Positions 27,384 through 41,254 are shown, counted from the stretch's first letter. The stretch is DNA of 64,000 bases from an uncultured Candidatus Binatia bacterium (GCA_965214605.1 OZ243961.1:3744001-3808000), one strand, 5' to 3'. Numbers and translations are program-made. The notes: generated from the sequence alone by a model not told the origin.

Positions 27384-28118
27384 TTGAGTGTGGAAGTTGT
27401 TGCTCTCATTCCGGCACGCTACGGCTCTACGCGTTTTCCGGGAAAACCGCTGGCTCCGCTGCGTGGCAAACCGATGATTCAGCACGTCTACCAACAGACC
27501 TGCCAGGTGCCGGGTGTGGACCAAGTTATGGTGGCGACCGATGATGAACGTATTGCCGAGGCGGTGCGGGCGGTCGGCGGCCAGGTGGCAATGACCCGGC
27601 CCGATCATCCGACTGGTACAGACCGCCTGGCCGCGGTCGCCGAGGGTCTTGCGGCTGACATTATTGTCAACGTTCAGGGTGACCTCCCCTTTTTTCCGCC
27701 GGACATGGTCGACGATGCGGTGACCGCCCTCAAAGACAGTCCAACCACGGCGATGGCGACGGTCAAGACGCCGATTCGTAGCCGTGAAGAGTGGCAGAAT
27801 CCCAATGTGGTGAAAGTGGTGACCGACCGGGACGGATTTGCCGTATATTTTTCGCGCAGCCCGATTCCGTTCTATCGCCAGCCACCAGCTCCAGACCACG
27901 TGTGGGGCTTCCGCCACGTTGGGCTGTACGTCTATCGTCGAGACTTCCTGTTGACTTTTAGCAGGCTCGCGCCAACCCCCTTGGAGGAGGCCGAAAAGCT
28001 TGAACAGCTTCGGGCTTTGGAGTGGGGCTATAAAATTCGGGTGACGAAAACGGAGCAACCGACGGTCGAGGTTGACACACCGCTTGACTTACGTCGCGCA
28101 GAGGAGATGTTGCCATGA
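27384..28118 (+). CDS. kdsB: 3-deoxy-manno-octulosonate cytidylyltransferase
   Basis: [50 protein letters not shown]. Confidence 0.96.
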   Translation: MSVEVVALIPARYGSTRFPGKPLAPLRGKPMIQHVYQQTCQVPGVDQVMVATDDERIAEAVRAVGGQVAMTRPDHPTGTDRLAAVAEGLAADIIVNVQGDLPFFPPDMVDDAVTALKDSPTTAMATVKTPIRSREEWQNPNVVKVVTDRDGFAVYFSRSPIPFYRQPPAPDHVWGFRHVGLYVYRRDFLLTFSRLAPTPLEEAEKLEQLRALEWGYKIRVTKTEQPTVEVDTPLDLRRAEEMLP

Positions 28119-29833
28119 CGACTGTTGGGAGAGAAGGGCGTAAGACAAAATTCATCTTTGTCACCGGAGGGGTTGTTTCGTCCTTGGGTAAGGGCTTGGC
28201 CGCGGCTTCGCTGGGCGGCCTATTAGAAGGCCGGGGTCTGAAGGTCACCTTGCTGAAGATGGACCCGTATATCAACGTCGATCCCGGTACCATGAACCCC
28301 TTTCAGCACGGGGAAGTCTTTGTGACCGATGACGGGGCCGAGACCGACCTCGACCTAGGACACTATGAGCGCTATGTTTCGACCTCGCTCGGTCGTCAAA
28401 ACAGTTTTACCACCGGTCAGGTTTACGACACGGTCATTGCTCGGGAACGTCGCGGTGATTATCTCGGGGGCACGGTCCAGGTCATTCCACATGTTACAGA
28501 TGAGATCAAACGGCGTATCCTCAATGCCGCCAAAGGCTTTGACGTTGCCATCTGCGAGGTGGGTGGGACGGTTGGAGATATTGAGAGTCTACCGTTTCTT
28601 GAGGCGATCCGCCAGTTTCGCTGGGACTGGGGACGCGAACACGTCTTATACCTCCACCTGACCCTGGTGCCTTTTATCTCGGCGGCCGGGGAACTCAAGA
28701 CCAAACCTACCCAACACAGCGTCAAAGAGCTGACCAGTATGGGGATTCAGCCCGATGTCTTGCTGTGTCGGACGGATCGGTACTTAGACCACAAGGTCAA
28801 AGCGAAGATTGCCCATTTCTGCAATGTGGACGAGCATGCGGTGATTACGGCTAAAGACGTGGGTTGTATCTACGAGGTCCCGCTGGTCTTTTATCAAGAG
28901 GGGCTCGACCAGTGCGTGGTCGATAAGTTGAATATGTGGACCGGCACCCCAGACCTAAGCCGCTGGGAAAAAATCGTCCGGACTTTTCAGCAGCCGCGAG
29001 ATCGGGTGCGGATCGCCATGATCGGCAAATACGTCAACCTGATTGACTCATATAAGAGCCTGAACGAAGCCTTGGCGCACGGCGGCTTTGCCAATGAGTG
29101 TCGGGTCGAGGTTGACCATATCGACTCTGAACAGATTGAAGCCGGCAAGTTTCCGGACGCGCTGAGCCAGGCCGACGGTATTCTTGTCCCAATGGGCTTT
29201 GGCCAGCGCGGTACAGAGGGCAAGATTGCGGCTGTGCGCCACGCTCGTGAAGAAGGGGTCCCATTTTTAGGCATCTGTTTTGGGATGCAAATGGCGGTAA
29301 TTGAGTTCAGCCGTAATGTCTGTGGTCTGGACAAGGCCAACTCGGCCGAGATTGATCCGGACACCCCCCATCCGGTCATCGCCCTCATGGCACAACAGCA
29401 CGAAGTCCAGGAAAAAGGCGGCACGATGCGCCTAGGTGCCTACCCCTGCACCATCCTGGACAGCAGTCTAGCCGCCAAAGTCTACGGCAAAAAGCGTATC
29501 TTCGAGCGTCATCGCCACCGCTATGAATTTAATAACGCTTATCGCCGTCAGTTAAGCCAGAAAGGCCTAACCTTTAGCGGCGTGTCGCCCGATCAGAGCC
29601 TGGTCGAAATCGTCGAGCTACGCGACCACCCGTGGTTTATCGGCGTCCAGTTCCACCCTGAGTTCAAATCGCGCCCGTTTGACTGCCATCCGTTGTTCAG
29701 AGGCTTTATTCGGGCGGCCCTGCAGCACCGGGCCAGCTATGGCTCAGTCCCCCTGCTGCAGGCTCCATGCGGTTCATCCTCTCTGTCTGCTCCAAAGGTC
29801 AGGATGAGCCACATTCACGGAGGGGAAGGGTGA
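28115..29833 (+). CDS. pyrG: CTP synthase
   Basis: [54 protein letters not shown]. Confidence 0.98.
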   Translation: MTTVGREGRKTKFIFVTGGVVSSLGKGLAAASLGGLLEGRGLKVTLLKMDPYINVDPGTMNPFQHGEVFVTDDGAETDLDLGHYERYVSTSLGRQNSFTTGQVYDTVIARERRGDYLGGTVQVIPHVTDEIKRRILNAAKGFDVAICEVGGTVGDIESLPFLEAIRQFRWDWGREHVLYLHLTLVPFISAAGELKTKPTQHSVKELTSMGIQPDVLLCRTDRYLDHKVKAKIAHFCNVDEHAVITAKDVGCIYEVPLVFYQEGLDQCVVDKLNMWTGTPDLSRWEKIVRTFQQPRDRVRIAMIGKYVNLIDSYKSLNEALAHGGFANECRVEVDHIDSEQIEAGKFPDALSQADGILVPMGFGQRGTEGKIAAVRHAREEGVPFLGICFGMQMAVIEFSRNVCGLDKANSAEIDPDTPHPVIALMAQQHEVQEKGGTMRLGAYPCTILDSSLAAKVYGKKRIFERHRHRYEFNNAYRRQLSQKGLTFSGVSPDQSLVEIVELRDHPWFIGVQFHPEFKSRPFDCHPLFRGFIRAALQHRASYGSVPLLQAPCGSSSLSAPKVRMSHIHGGEG

Positions 29834-30681
29834 GCCCCAGGCGCATGATCCGCGAGTCTAGCCCAGCCCCCGTCTCAATTGGCCCCCTGGTCTGTGGTCA
29901 GGGGCGTCCGTTTGTCCTCATAGCCGGCCCGTGCGTCATTGAGAGCCGAGATTCCGCTCTCTACCACGCCCAAGCTCTCAAAGTTCTGACCGATCGTCTC
30001 CACATCCCGTTGGTCTATAAATCCTCGTACGATAAGGCCAATCGGACCTCGGTGGAATCCTTCCGGGGACCGGGCCAGGACGAGGGGCTGCGTATACTGG
30101 CCAGCGTGAAATGCGAGCTAGAGGTACCGATTCTGACCGATGTCCATACTGCCCAAGAGGTCCGGGCAGCGGCCGAAGTAGCCGATATTGTGCAGATTCC
30201 GGCCTTTCTGTGTCGCCAGACAGATCTGCTTGTGGCGGCCGGCCAGAGTGGCCGAGTGGTCAATATCAAGAAGGGGCAGTTTCTCGCTCCGACCGATATT
30301 GCTTATGCGGCCCAAAAAGTTGCCTCAACCGGCAATCGGCACATTCTGCTGACCGAACGGGGGAGCAGTTTTGGCTATAATTATCTGGTCTCAGACTTCC
30401 GTTCGCTGCCAATCATGGCCCGCAGCGGCTACCCCGTGGTGTATGATGCTACCCACAGCGTTCAGCTGCCCGGAGGACAGGGCACGAGTTCGGGCGGTCA
30501 GCGAGAATTCATCGCTCCTTTGGCCCGGGCGGCTGTGGCCGTAGGTATTGACGGTCTGTTCATGGAGGTTCACCAAAACCCGGACCAGGCCCGCAGCGAC
30601 AGCACGAGCGTTTTTCCCCTGGATCGCCTTGAGTCTCTGTTACAGACTTTGCAGAGCCTCGACCGACTAGTGAAAGCCTAG
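29830..30681 (+). CDS. kdsA: KDO 8-phosphate synthase (Cys-containing, metal-dependent type)
   Basis: [42 protein letters not shown]; start uncertain (GTG 29830 or ATG 29845). Confidence 0.96.
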   Translation: MSPRRMIRESSPAPVSIGPLVCGQGRPFVLIAGPCVIESRDSALYHAQALKVLTDRLHIPLVYKSSYDKANRTSVESFRGPGQDEGLRILASVKCELEVPILTDVHTAQEVRAAAEVADIVQIPAFLCRQTDLLVAAGQSGRVVNIKKGQFLAPTDIAYAAQKVASTGNRHILLTERGSSFGYNYLVSDFRSLPIMARSGYPVVYDATHSVQLPGGQGTSSGGQREFIAPLARAAVAVGIDGLFMEVHQNPDQARSDSTSVFPLDRLESLLQTLQSLDRLVKA

Positions 30682-30735
30682 AGAAGATCCCGGTCGAGAT
30701 CTCATCCGCTCGGATGGGGGCGGGGCGACTACCCT

Positions 30736-30763
30736 TTGCCCGGCTCAGCAGAGGTGGTATGCT
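30736..30763 (+). promoter_or_regulatory. Extended -10 promoter candidate for lptC
   Basis: TTGCCC-N16-TATGCT with a TGn extension (TGgTATGCT). Confidence 0.4.
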
Positions 30764-30784
30764 GCTCGTCTAGGTGATTTCTCA

Positions 30785-31366
30785 ATGAGTCGAAATCAGG
30801 TACGTTTTGTTATCGGTCTTGTTATTGTGTGTCTCCTGGGCGGGCTTGGCTACCGCTTAGGTGCGGGGCTGTGGCTCCAGCGTCAGGGCGACCAAGAACT
30901 CCCAGCTTTCACCTCAGCCGATGCGGACCAACGGATGCAGAATTTCCAGCGGATCAAGATGCGCGGGGGGAAAAAAATCTGGGAAATAGCCGCTACCCAG
31001 GCGCGTTTCTTTGAGGACCGCAGAGAGCTGCTTGTCGATTCCCCGGCTATAGCTCTGTACCTTGACAGCGGTGAAGTTTTCGCCCTGCAGTGTCAAGAAG
31101 GCAGGGTCTACCTCGACGAGAGCGTGCAAGAGATTGTCCTTATGAAGCTGAGGGGCGACATAGAAATGCAGATTGGCGAGCTTTCTCTCAAAACCCAAAC
31201 CGCGCTGTACGACAGCGCTCAGAATACGATCTCGGCGCCGGATACGGTTCACATTGTTGGCCAGGGTCTGTACATTGAAGCCCTCGGCTACCAGGTAGCG
31301 ATGAACGAGAAGCAGATTACCCTCCACGCGAAAGTCCATACTACACTCGCCAGGGAAGAGGGCTGA
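30785..31366 (+). CDS. lptC: LPS export ABC transporter periplasmic protein LptC
   Basis: Single N-terminal TM, beta-jellyroll-like KKIWEIAA.QA pattern, position before lptA-lptB. Confidence 0.8.
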   Translation: MSRNQVRFVIGLVIVCLLGGLGYRLGAGLWLQRQGDQELPAFTSADADQRMQNFQRIKMRGGKKIWEIAATQARFFEDRRELLVDSPAIALYLDSGEVFALQCQEGRVYLDESVQEIVLMKLRGDIEMQIGELSLKTQTALYDSAQNTISAPDTVHIVGQGLYIEALGYQVAMNEKQITLHAKVHTTLAREEG

Positions 31367-32013
31367 TGGATCCATTTGGGTGCCCTTGGCACCCCTTATC
31401 CCGTTCCGTCTGGACCGCCCGAATGCTGGTGTCGGCCAGCCTGACCCTTCTCCTCCTGGGTGGCCAACCTGGCAGCAGCGCCGGACAGACCAACGACGCC
31501 GCCCAGAACTCCCGCTCACAGTCAAGGGCGGACCAAAGCCTAGTCGATTCCCTGTCTTTCGTCGACCTCCATCAGCCTATCGACATCCGCTCGCACAGTC
31601 TTGAGTTTTTATATACCGAAAAACGGGTACGTTATAAGGATAAGGTGGTGGCCACCCAGGGCGAGGTGACCCTGACCTGTAATCTGCTAACGATCACCTA
31701 TGAAGAGCTAGCTCGGTCAAACGGTACGCCGCCCTCCTCATCCGCCCAACAGCGCCTCAAAGAGGTTATTGCCGAGGGCGACGTTAGAGTGCAGTCGGCA
31801 AACAACTACGCAACCGGAAAAAGGCTGGTCTTTGATCAGAACAAACGGACGGTTATCCTAAGCGGCAACGCCGTCATGCACGAGGGTGTCAACCACGTCA
31901 GCGGTGACCGGGTCATTGTCTATCTTGACGAACGGCGGAGTGTGGTCGAAGGCCGGGCACGCATGCGGCTCATTCCACAGTCAAACAACACAGAAGGGAC
32001 CATATCTCAGTGA
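31366..32013 (+). CDS. lptA: LPS transport periplasmic protein LptA
   Basis: Signal peptide, PIDIRSHSL, VVATQG, AEGDVRV, LSGNA, VSGDRVIVYL (OstA domain); synteny. Confidence 0.88.
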   Translation: MDPFGCPWHPLSRSVWTARMLVSASLTLLLLGGQPGSSAGQTNDAAQNSRSQSRADQSLVDSLSFVDLHQPIDIRSHSLEFLYTEKRVRYKDKVVATQGEVTLTCNLLTITYEELARSNGTPPSSSAQQRLKEVIAEGDVRVQSANNYATGKRLVFDQNKRTVILSGNAVMHEGVNHVSGDRVIVYLDERRSVVEGRARMRLIPQSNNTEGTISQ

Positions 32014-32741
32014 GCGCGGAGCCACTCTTGCGCGGCGAAGGATTGTATAAGGCTTACGCCAAACGGCCCGTGCTGCGTAATGTCACGATTGAGGTCAGGG
32101 GTGGTGAGGTGGTCGGCCTGTTGGGGCCGAACGGAGCGGGAAAAACTACCACGTTTTCCATCATCGTCGGCATCATTCGTCCCGATCAGGGCCGCGTGCG
32201 CTTCAACGACCAAGACTTTACGTTTTTACCCATGCATCAACGCGCGCGCAGAGGTGTGACGTATTTGCCCCAAGAGCCGTCGGTCTTTCGCAAGCTGACG
32301 GTTGAGGAGAATCTGCTGGCTATTCTTGAGACCCTGGACTTGACAAAAAGTCAGCGTCAGGAACGCCTCGAACAGCTGCTGGCCGACCTACGTATCAGCC
32401 ATCTGGCCAAAAATCGGGCCGATTCGCTGTCGGGTGGAGAGCGACGACGGGTCGAAATCTCGCGCGCCCTGGTCATGGCCCCGACCTTTATGCTGCTAGA
32501 TGAGCCTTTTGCCGGGATTGATCCTCTGTCGGTCGTCGATATTCAGGATATTATTGTCCAGTTACGGACGCGCGGTATCGGTGTGCTCGTGACCGACCAC
32601 AATGTTCGCGAAACACTGAGTATTTGTGATCGTGCCTATATCCTGAGTGACGGCCAGGTTTTTGAAGAAGGCACGCCCGCACAGCTGACAACTAGCACCC
32701 GCGCTCGACAGGTATATTTGGGTGAGCGCTTTCGGTTATGA
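32010..32741 (+). CDS. lptB: LPS export ABC transporter ATPase
   Basis: GPNGAGKTT, YLPQEPSVFRKL, LSGGERRRVEI, LLDEPFAGIDP, TDHNVRETL. Confidence 0.97.
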   Translation: MSAEPLLRGEGLYKAYAKRPVLRNVTIEVRGGEVVGLLGPNGAGKTTTFSIIVGIIRPDQGRVRFNDQDFTFLPMHQRARRGVTYLPQEPSVFRKLTVEENLLAILETLDLTKSQRQERLEQLLADLRISHLAKNRADSLSGGERRRVEISRALVMAPTFMLLDEPFAGIDPLSVVDIQDIIVQLRTRGIGVLVTDHNVRETLSICDRAYILSDGQVFEEGTPAQLTTSTRARQVYLGERFRL

Positions 32742-32784
32742 GATCCCTCGCCACCACACAGAAGCGGCCGAGGAAGACGTGCCC

Positions 32785-34242
32785 ATGGCCTTAGAAGCCC
32801 GACTTCAACAAAAACTCCAGCAAAAATTGGTTATCACGCCCCAGTTGCAGCAGGCCATCAAGATTTTGCAGCTGCCGCGAGACGAGTTGGACGTCCTGAT
32901 TCATGACGAACTCGACCAAAACCCGGTGCTGGGAGTCGAGACCGTTGAAGCGGCCAGTGAGCAAGAGGCCGCGTTGCTTGACGGCCCACCCACCGCTGCC
33001 CAGGAGTCGGTCCAAGAGAAAAACGCCGAAGAGGAAATTGATTGGCATACCTATCTGGAGAGCTATCACAACGATTGGCCGTCCCTGCCGCCTTCCGGTG
33101 GTGAGGAGGTGGACGAGGAACGGCCGAGTCTGATTGAGAATTATCCCAACCGTCCCGAATCTTTAGAACAGTACCTCTTAGATCAGCTGCGCTTTCATAA
33201 CCTGGGTCCTGAGGAACAGCACATTGCCTCGTTAATCCTTGGTGAGCTCAATATTGACGGCTATTTGCAGACACCGCTCTCCGACATTGCCGCAAAAAGT
33301 TCCTCCGACCCAGCCCAGGTCAAACGGGTTTTGAGGCTCATCCAGACCTGTGATCCTCCTGGGGTTGGGTCTCGCGACCTGCGCGAGTGTCTGCTCTTCC
33401 AGCTACGTTTGCACCAGGGCGAAGCGGAGGTCGATGATTCTCCTGTCTTCAGTCTGGCCCTCCGCATCGTCGACACCCATCTCGGCCTGCTCGAAGATCG
33501 GCCTAATGAGCGGCTGGCCAAAGCGCTGGAGGTGAGCGCTGAACAGGTGGAGGGCGCGATCCGTCTGATTGCGAGCCTGGAGCCCAAGCCGGGCCGTAAC
33601 TTCGGCGAGGGGGACGTCAGCTATATTACCCCGGATGTGTACGTCCACAAGGTTAGCGATGAGTATGTGGTCACGCTCAATGATGACGGCCTGCCGCGGC
33701 TCAAGGTGAACGCCTCCTACCGTCGCTTTCTGAACAGTCCGAACGGTGTTGCCAAAGAGTATGTACGAGGGAAATTGCGCGCCGCGGCCTGGCTGATTAA
33801 GAGCATCCACCAACGTCAGCGTACCCTGCTGCTGGTCGCCCAGAGCATCGTCAAGTTTCAAAAGGATTTTCTGACCTACGGAGTATCTCGCATGCGCCCC
33901 CTGGTATTGCACGATGTGGCGGACGAGATCGGGATTCATGAGTCAACTGTCAGCCGCGCGATTGCCAATAAGTATATTGCCACTCCGCGTGGCATTAAGG
34001 CGCTCAAGAATTTTTTCACCACCGGTCTGAGGGGTAGCCACGGCCAGGACCTTGCGGCCGATAGCGTCAGAGAACGCATCCGCCAAATGATCCAGGCCGA
34101 AGACAGTGACCAGCCGCTGAGCGATGACAAACTTGCCCGCCGGCTGGCGGCCGAGAATATCACTATCGCGCGCCGCACGGTGGCCAAATATCGTGGGGCG
34201 CTCAATATTCTGCCGTCATCAAAACGCAAGAAACTACGCTAG
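32785..34242 (+). CDS. rpoN: RNA polymerase sigma-54 factor
   Basis: Q-rich region I (PQLQQAIKILQL), DPPGVGSRDLRECL, HESTVSR, RpoN box ARRTVAKYR. Confidence 0.97.
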   Translation: MALEARLQQKLQQKLVITPQLQQAIKILQLPRDELDVLIHDELDQNPVLGVETVEAASEQEAALLDGPPTAAQESVQEKNAEEEIDWHTYLESYHNDWPSLPPSGGEEVDEERPSLIENYPNRPESLEQYLLDQLRFHNLGPEEQHIASLILGELNIDGYLQTPLSDIAAKSSSDPAQVKRVLRLIQTCDPPGVGSRDLRECLLFQLRLHQGEAEVDDSPVFSLALRIVDTHLGLLEDRPNERLAKALEVSAEQVEGAIRLIASLEPKPGRNFGEGDVSYITPDVYVHKVSDEYVVTLNDDGLPRLKVNASYRRFLNSPNGVAKEYVRGKLRAAAWLIKSIHQRQRTLLLVAQSIVKFQKDFLTYGVSRMRPLVLHDVADEIGIHESTVSRAIANKYIATPRGIKALKNFFTTGLRGSHGQDLAADSVRERIRQMIQAEDSDQPLSDDKLARRLAAENITIARRTVAKYRGALNILPSSKRKKLR

Positions 34243-34280
34243 AGCACGGACAGGGCTAAACAACACAAGGACGGAATCTC

Positions 34281-34742
34281 ATGCGTGTGGTCGATATCCT
34301 GAATCAAGAGCTTGTTGTTCCCCAGCTGCACAGTACGACTAAGACCGATGTTCTCCACGAGCTCTCCCAGCATTTGGCCGCCCACTATCCTTATATTAAT
34401 GCCCAGACTCTAGTGACGGTCCTCCTTGAGCGAGAACGGCTAGGCACGACGGCCATCGGCGATGGAATCGCCATCCCCCACGGCAAGCTGCCCGGACTCA
34501 AAGATGTCGCGGCCGTCTTTGGCCGCAGTCAGTCGGGGATTGATTGTCAATCGTTGGACGGGGCCCCGACCCAGCTGTTTTTCTTACTTGTTGCGCCCGA
34601 AGACTCGGCTGGCGTTCATCTCAAAGCCCTGGCCCGGGTGTCTCGCCTGCTCAAGAAGGCGGATTTTCGGAAAGACCTGTTGTACGGTGAGAGCCAGGCC
34701 GATCTGTTCCGGCTGATCGCCCAAAGGGATGCCCAGCTGTGA
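34281..34742 (+). CDS. ptsN: PTS EIIA(Ntr)-like protein
   Basis: ERERLGTTAIGDGIAIPHG, HLKALARVSR; follows rpoN. Confidence 0.92.
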   Translation: MRVVDILNQELVVPQLHSTTKTDVLHELSQHLAAHYPYINAQTLVTVLLERERLGTTAIGDGIAIPHGKLPGLKDVAAVFGRSQSGIDCQSLDGAPTQLFFLLVAPEDSAGVHLKALARVSRLLKKADFRKDLLYGESQADLFRLIAQRDAQL

Positions 34743-35638
34743 GCACGTCCCCTCCACCTAGTCCGCCATCAGTGACGCTTATGCACGTCCTGATCGTGAC
34801 TGGTTTGTCCGGCTCGGGGAAGAGCACGGCGATTCACGCCCTGGAAGACCTGGGGTTTTATTGTATCGATAATCTGCCGGTGACCCTCATCCCCCAATTT
34901 CTGAACCTGTGCGAGAACAGCCATCAGCCTATTGGTCGGGTTGGTCTGGGTATTGATGTCCGCGAGCGGGTCTCGTTGAATGAATATCCCGCCGTGTTGG
35001 CCGACTTAGGTCGCCATGGTAGGCAGCTTGACATTGTCTACCTTGAGGCGGCCGACGAGATCGTCATCCGCCGTTTTAGCGAAACGCGTCGCCCCCATCC
35101 GGCCGCTGATAAGGGGAGCATTCTCTCGGGTATTCGGATTGAGCGCCAGCGTCTGTCTGGCCTGCGGGCGTTGGCCGATCAGGTGCTCGATACCTCAGCC
35201 CTGACCGTCCACGAGCTGCGTCAACACATCCGTCAAATTGTAGACCGCCGCACCCGGCATCCCTATGCGCTGCTGGTGACCATTGAGTCCTTCGGCTATA
35301 AGTACGGTATCCCGACCGATGCGGATCTGATGCTTGATGTACGCTTTCTGCCCAATCCATTTTTTGTCGAAAAGTTGCGGCCCAAAACGGGCCGCTCGCC
35401 GGACGTTGCGGCTTTCGTGCTCGACTGTCCCGAAGCCGAGCGGTTTCTGACTCAGGTGAGTAATCTCTTAGTCTCCAGCCTGCCCCTGTATGTGCGGGAG
35501 GGCAAAAGCTATCTGACCCTGGCCATTGGCTGTACGGGCGGTCGGCATCGCTCGGTGGCGGTGGCCGAAGAACTCGGCCGCCGTCTGGCCGACAATGGCT
35601 ATAGCGCCCATATCCAGCACCGCGATCACCATCGTTAA
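34739..35638 (+). CDS. rapZ: RNase adapter / P-loop NTPase RapZ
   Basis: TGLSGSGKS, EDLGFYCIDNLP, RRFSETRRPHP, SFGYKYG, DVRFLPNP, GCTGGRHRSV. Confidence 0.96.
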   Translation: MSTSPPPSPPSVTLMHVLIVTGLSGSGKSTAIHALEDLGFYCIDNLPVTLIPQFLNLCENSHQPIGRVGLGIDVRERVSLNEYPAVLADLGRHGRQLDIVYLEAADEIVIRRFSETRRPHPAADKGSILSGIRIERQRLSGLRALADQVLDTSALTVHELRQHIRQIVDRRTRHPYALLVTIESFGYKYGIPTDADLMLDVRFLPNPFFVEKLRPKTGRSPDVAAFVLDCPEAERFLTQVSNLLVSSLPLYVREGKSYLTLAIGCTGGRHRSVAVAEELGRRLADNGYSAHIQHRDHHR

Positions 35639-35664
35639 GCGTGGGCCCGGACCACCGAAGAAGC

Positions 35665-35940
35665 ATGACAACGTCGCCTACCCTCGTTCGCCTGACCCTT
35701 GCCCACCCCGAGGGCTTACACGCTCGGGTAGCCGCGATGTGGGTCCGGAGTCTGCGCACCTGTGAGGTCGAGGTGACGGTCAGTTGGGACGGTCGGACGG
35801 TGAACGGCCGCAGTATGATTGAACTGTTGACCTTAGGCGCTCCATACGGCAGCGTGCTAGAGGTGCAGATAAGCGGAGCGGATGCCGAGGCCGCGCTGAC
35901 CGTCCTGCGTCAGGTCGTTGAAGTGCCTTCTGGTGGCTAG
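35665..35940 (+). CDS. HPr/NPr family phosphocarrier protein
   Basis: GLHARVAA (His15 site), [13 protein letters not shown] (Ser46 site), GADAEAAL. Confidence 0.9.
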   Translation: MTTSPTLVRLTLAHPEGLHARVAAMWVRSLRTCEVEVTVSWDGRTVNGRSMIELLTLGAPYGSVLEVQISGADAEAALTVLRQVVEVPSGG

Positions 35941-36020
35941 ATCTTGACGCTGGGGCCGGGATTCTATTAGATGCGCCGTGCGATAAGAGACCCCAAACAG
36001 ACACAAAGAAGGAGGGGCTG

Positions 36021-38503
<2,483 letters not shown>

Positions 38504-38512
38504 TCTCGGTAT

Positions 38513-41254
38513 ATGCCAATCACCCCACCCCAGACCGATCTGATGGGCCTAGGCCGACCGGTTGACGTTGTCCTGCCCCCCTTGCCTTCGGCCGACCTGG
38601 ACGCCGAAGCCGGCTCGGATTTCGATCTCAAAAAAATTAGCAAAGACTATGTGACTCGCCTGCGTGAGGAGTTGGTCGCCCAGCAGCGGGCCGGCGTTGG
38701 AGGCGGAGAGTTGGTCAGCTATTACACCGCCCATATCGACCGTTTAATTCAGTATCTGTTTGCCACTGCAACTCAACTCTACGTCCGTCGCTACACCCGC
38801 CTCCAACAACGCTGCGCGGTTCTGGCTCAAGGGGGCTATGGCCGGGGTGAGCTCAACCCCTATTCGGATCTTGATCTGCTGTTCTTATACCGCTGGAAAA
38901 TCACCCCGTATGTCGAGACGATATGCGAGATGATCTACTACAGCCTGCTCGATTGTGGATTTGTTGTCGGCCATGCGGTACGCACGGTACGTACCTGTAC
39001 CCGCCTGGCCGCTCAAGACCTGCAGGTCAAGACTTCACTACTCGATACCCGACCGCTGTGTGGTGATCCCCAGCTGAGCCGGGACTTTGACCTGGCCCTT
39101 GAGCGTGAGATTATTGGCAAACAGACCAAGCATTTTTTTCAACAAAAGGCCTGGGAGAGCCGCCAGCGGCACGAACGGTACGGCAACTCTCCCTACCGGC
39201 TTGAGCCTCACATCAAGGAGAGCCCGGGTGGTCTGCGCGACCTCCACACCGCCTGGTGGTTGGCCAGGGTGAAGTTCAAGATTCAGACTTGGCGCGAGTT
39301 GTTCCAGAAGGGGGTTGTCCCCCAATATACCCTTGACCAGGTCGAAGCCGCGCGTGACTTTCTGTGGCGGGTGCGCAACGGCATGCATCTGGCCACCCAC
39401 AGCGAGCACGACCAGCTGACCGTTGAGCAACAGGATCAACTCGCTCCTCAGCTCGGCTTTCCCGATGCGGTCAGCTTTATGTATGAATATTACCGCCACG
39501 CCACCACCCTATACGACTTCTCTCGTCTGATGCTCGAGCAGTGCCTGGAGACGCCCCGCATCTCCTTTTTCCGACGCAGACGGGGGCGCGATATCCGGCC
39601 CGGGGTCAGAATCGCAGACCAGACTTTAGCGATCACCAAGCCCGAGATATTGACCGATGAGCCGGTCAATATGGTGACGGTTTTTTACGACGCCCAGCGC
39701 CACGGTGTACGTATTTCCCATGCCACCCAGCAGCTCTTGCGTGACACGCTCAACCGTCTGCCGCCCGGCGCCGGAGAACGTCCGGAGATGCGCAGCGCTC
39801 TGTACGCGGTTCTGAACTGGAAACAGCGGGTGGCAGATACCCTATGGCTGATGCACGGCCTAGGGGTGCTAGGTTGGATTTTACCCGAGTTCGGCAATAT
39901 GCGGTGGCGCATTCAGCGCGATCTCTACCACGTCTACACCGTCGATGAGCACACCCTACACGGCGTGGCTGCCCTTGAGCAGCTACGCGAAGGACGGTTT
40001 AAAGAAGACCTGCCGCTGCTGACCCAAGTCATGCGCGAAATCGACAAGGTTGAGCTGCTGTTCCTATCCATGTTGTACCACGATGTTGCCAAGGGCCACG
40101 GTGGTGACCACGATGAACACGGCGCGGCCATGGTACGCCAGGCGGCCGACCGCTGGGAGATGGCGGAGGACGACGCGCACGAGTGGTATTTGCTCGTTCA
40201 ACATCACTTGCTGATGTCGTATATTGCCCAGCGTCGCGACATCTCTGACGACGACCTGATCGCCGAGTTTGCCCGGACTGTTGAGACTCAGAACGTGCTC
40301 AAAAAGCTCTATCTGCTGACCTTCGCCGATATGAAAGCGGTCGGTCCTAAGGTGTGGAACAGTTGGAAGGCGGGTTTGCTCGACGAGCTGTATCTGCGCA
40401 CTCTGGAGCGGTTTGAGACCGGGCTATCGGTTGAGGAAGACCCCCAGGCTCGTATCCAACGACGTAAAGACGCGCTGGTGGCGCTGCTTCTGGGCCGGGG
40501 ACAGGCCGTTCCAGAGCAGGTTCAGGCTTTTTTGGACGAAATGCCGGACAGCTATTTTCTGTCTACTCCGGAAGAAGCTATCCCTGATCACTTCCGTTTA
40601 ATCACCCGTTTTCTTCAGATGGACGGCCATAAGGCCGATCAAGACCCGTATCTGTCCGCCCTGACCCATTTCCCCGAGCGCGAATACAGCGAGCTAACCG
40701 TTGTGACCCAGGATCGGCCGGGTCTGTTTGCGCTCTTAACCGGTGTGCTGGCGGTCAACAACCTGAATGTTGCTAGCGCCCGTATCTCAACTAGTCGGGA
40801 TGGACTCGCGCTGGACGTTTTTCGCCTGTCCCACGCTGGGCGCTCTGAGGTCGTGATGGATAGCGAGCTATGGTCCCGGCTACGGATCCGTCTGGCAGCA
40901 GTCCTGCGTGGGGAACGGACGCTTGAAGATCTGCTCCAAATGACCCGTTCACCATCCTACCTCAATAAGCGCCATGACCGCATCCCAACTGAAGTCACGG
41001 TCGATAACAGCAGCTCGCCGGTGTATACGGTTATTGATGTCACGGCGCCCGACCGGACCGGCTTCCTGTTTCGGGTCACGGCCGCCTTGTTCCAGCTCGG
41101 TCTGCTCATCCATCTGGCCAAGATCACGACTAACGTGAATCAGGTCTTGGACGTTTTCTATGTGACTGATAGTCGGGGGAGCAAGGTGAACAATCCAGAC
41201 CAGCTCGCGGTCGCCTTACGGCGACGGACTTTTGATGCGGAGGGGAGGGGCTAA
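38513..41254 (+). CDS. glnD: [Protein-PII] uridylyltransferase / uridylyl-removing enzyme
   Basis: GGYGRGELNPYSDLDL, KESPGGLRD, HVYTVDEH, LYHDVAKG (HD domain), two ACT domains (DRPGLF, DRTGFL). Confidence 0.96.
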   Translation: MPITPPQTDLMGLGRPVDVVLPPLPSADLDAEAGSDFDLKKISKDYVTRLREELVAQQRAGVGGGELVSYYTAHIDRLIQYLFATATQLYVRRYTRLQQRCAVLAQGGYGRGELNPYSDLDLLFLYRWKITPYVETICEMIYYSLLDCGFVVGHAVRTVRTCTRLAAQDLQVKTSLLDTRPLCGDPQLSRDFDLALEREIIGKQTKHFFQQKAWESRQRHERYGNSPYRLEPHIKESPGGLRDLHTAWWLARVKFKIQTWRELFQKGVVPQYTLDQVEAARDFLWRVRNGMHLATHSEHDQLTVEQQDQLAPQLGFPDAVSFMYEYYRHATTLYDFSRLMLEQCLETPRISFFRRRRGRDIRPGVRIADQTLAITKPEILTDEPVNMVTVFYDAQRHGVRISHATQQLLRDTLNRLPPGAGERPEMRSALYAVLNWKQRVADTLWLMHGLGVLGWILPEFGNMRWRIQRDLYHVYTVDEHTLHGVAALEQLREGRFKEDLPLLTQVMREIDKVELLFLSMLYHDVAKGHGGDHDEHGAAMVRQAADRWEMAEDDAHEWYLLVQHHLLMSYIAQRRDISDDDLIAEFARTVETQNVLKKLYLLTFADMKAVGPKVWNSWKAGLLDELYLRTLERFETGLSVEEDPQARIQRRKDALVALLLGRGQAVPEQVQAFLDEMPDSYFLSTPEEAIPDHFRLITRFLQMDGHKADQDPYLSALTHFPEREYSELTVVTQDRPGLFALLTGVLAVNNLNVASARISTSRDGLALDVFRLSHAGRSEVVMDSELWSRLRIRLAAVLRGERTLEDLLQMTRSPSYLNKRHDRIPTEVTVDNSSSPVYTVIDVTAPDRTGFLFRVTAALFQLGLLIHLAKITTNVNQVLDVFYVTDSRGSKVNNPDQLAVALRRRTFDAEGRG

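Noticed and set aside
27369-28058. 229-aa minus-strand ORF
   Set aside because: Antisense shadow of kdsB
29730-29833. C-terminal extension of PyrG as an extra domain
   Set aside because: Short low-complexity tail overlapping the kdsA start; most likely stop-codon drift
35941-36020. SAM riboswitch upstream of metK
   Set aside because: The region is only 80 bp and lacks recognisable SAM-I/II/SAH cores; only a TTGACG -35-like hexamer with a poor -10
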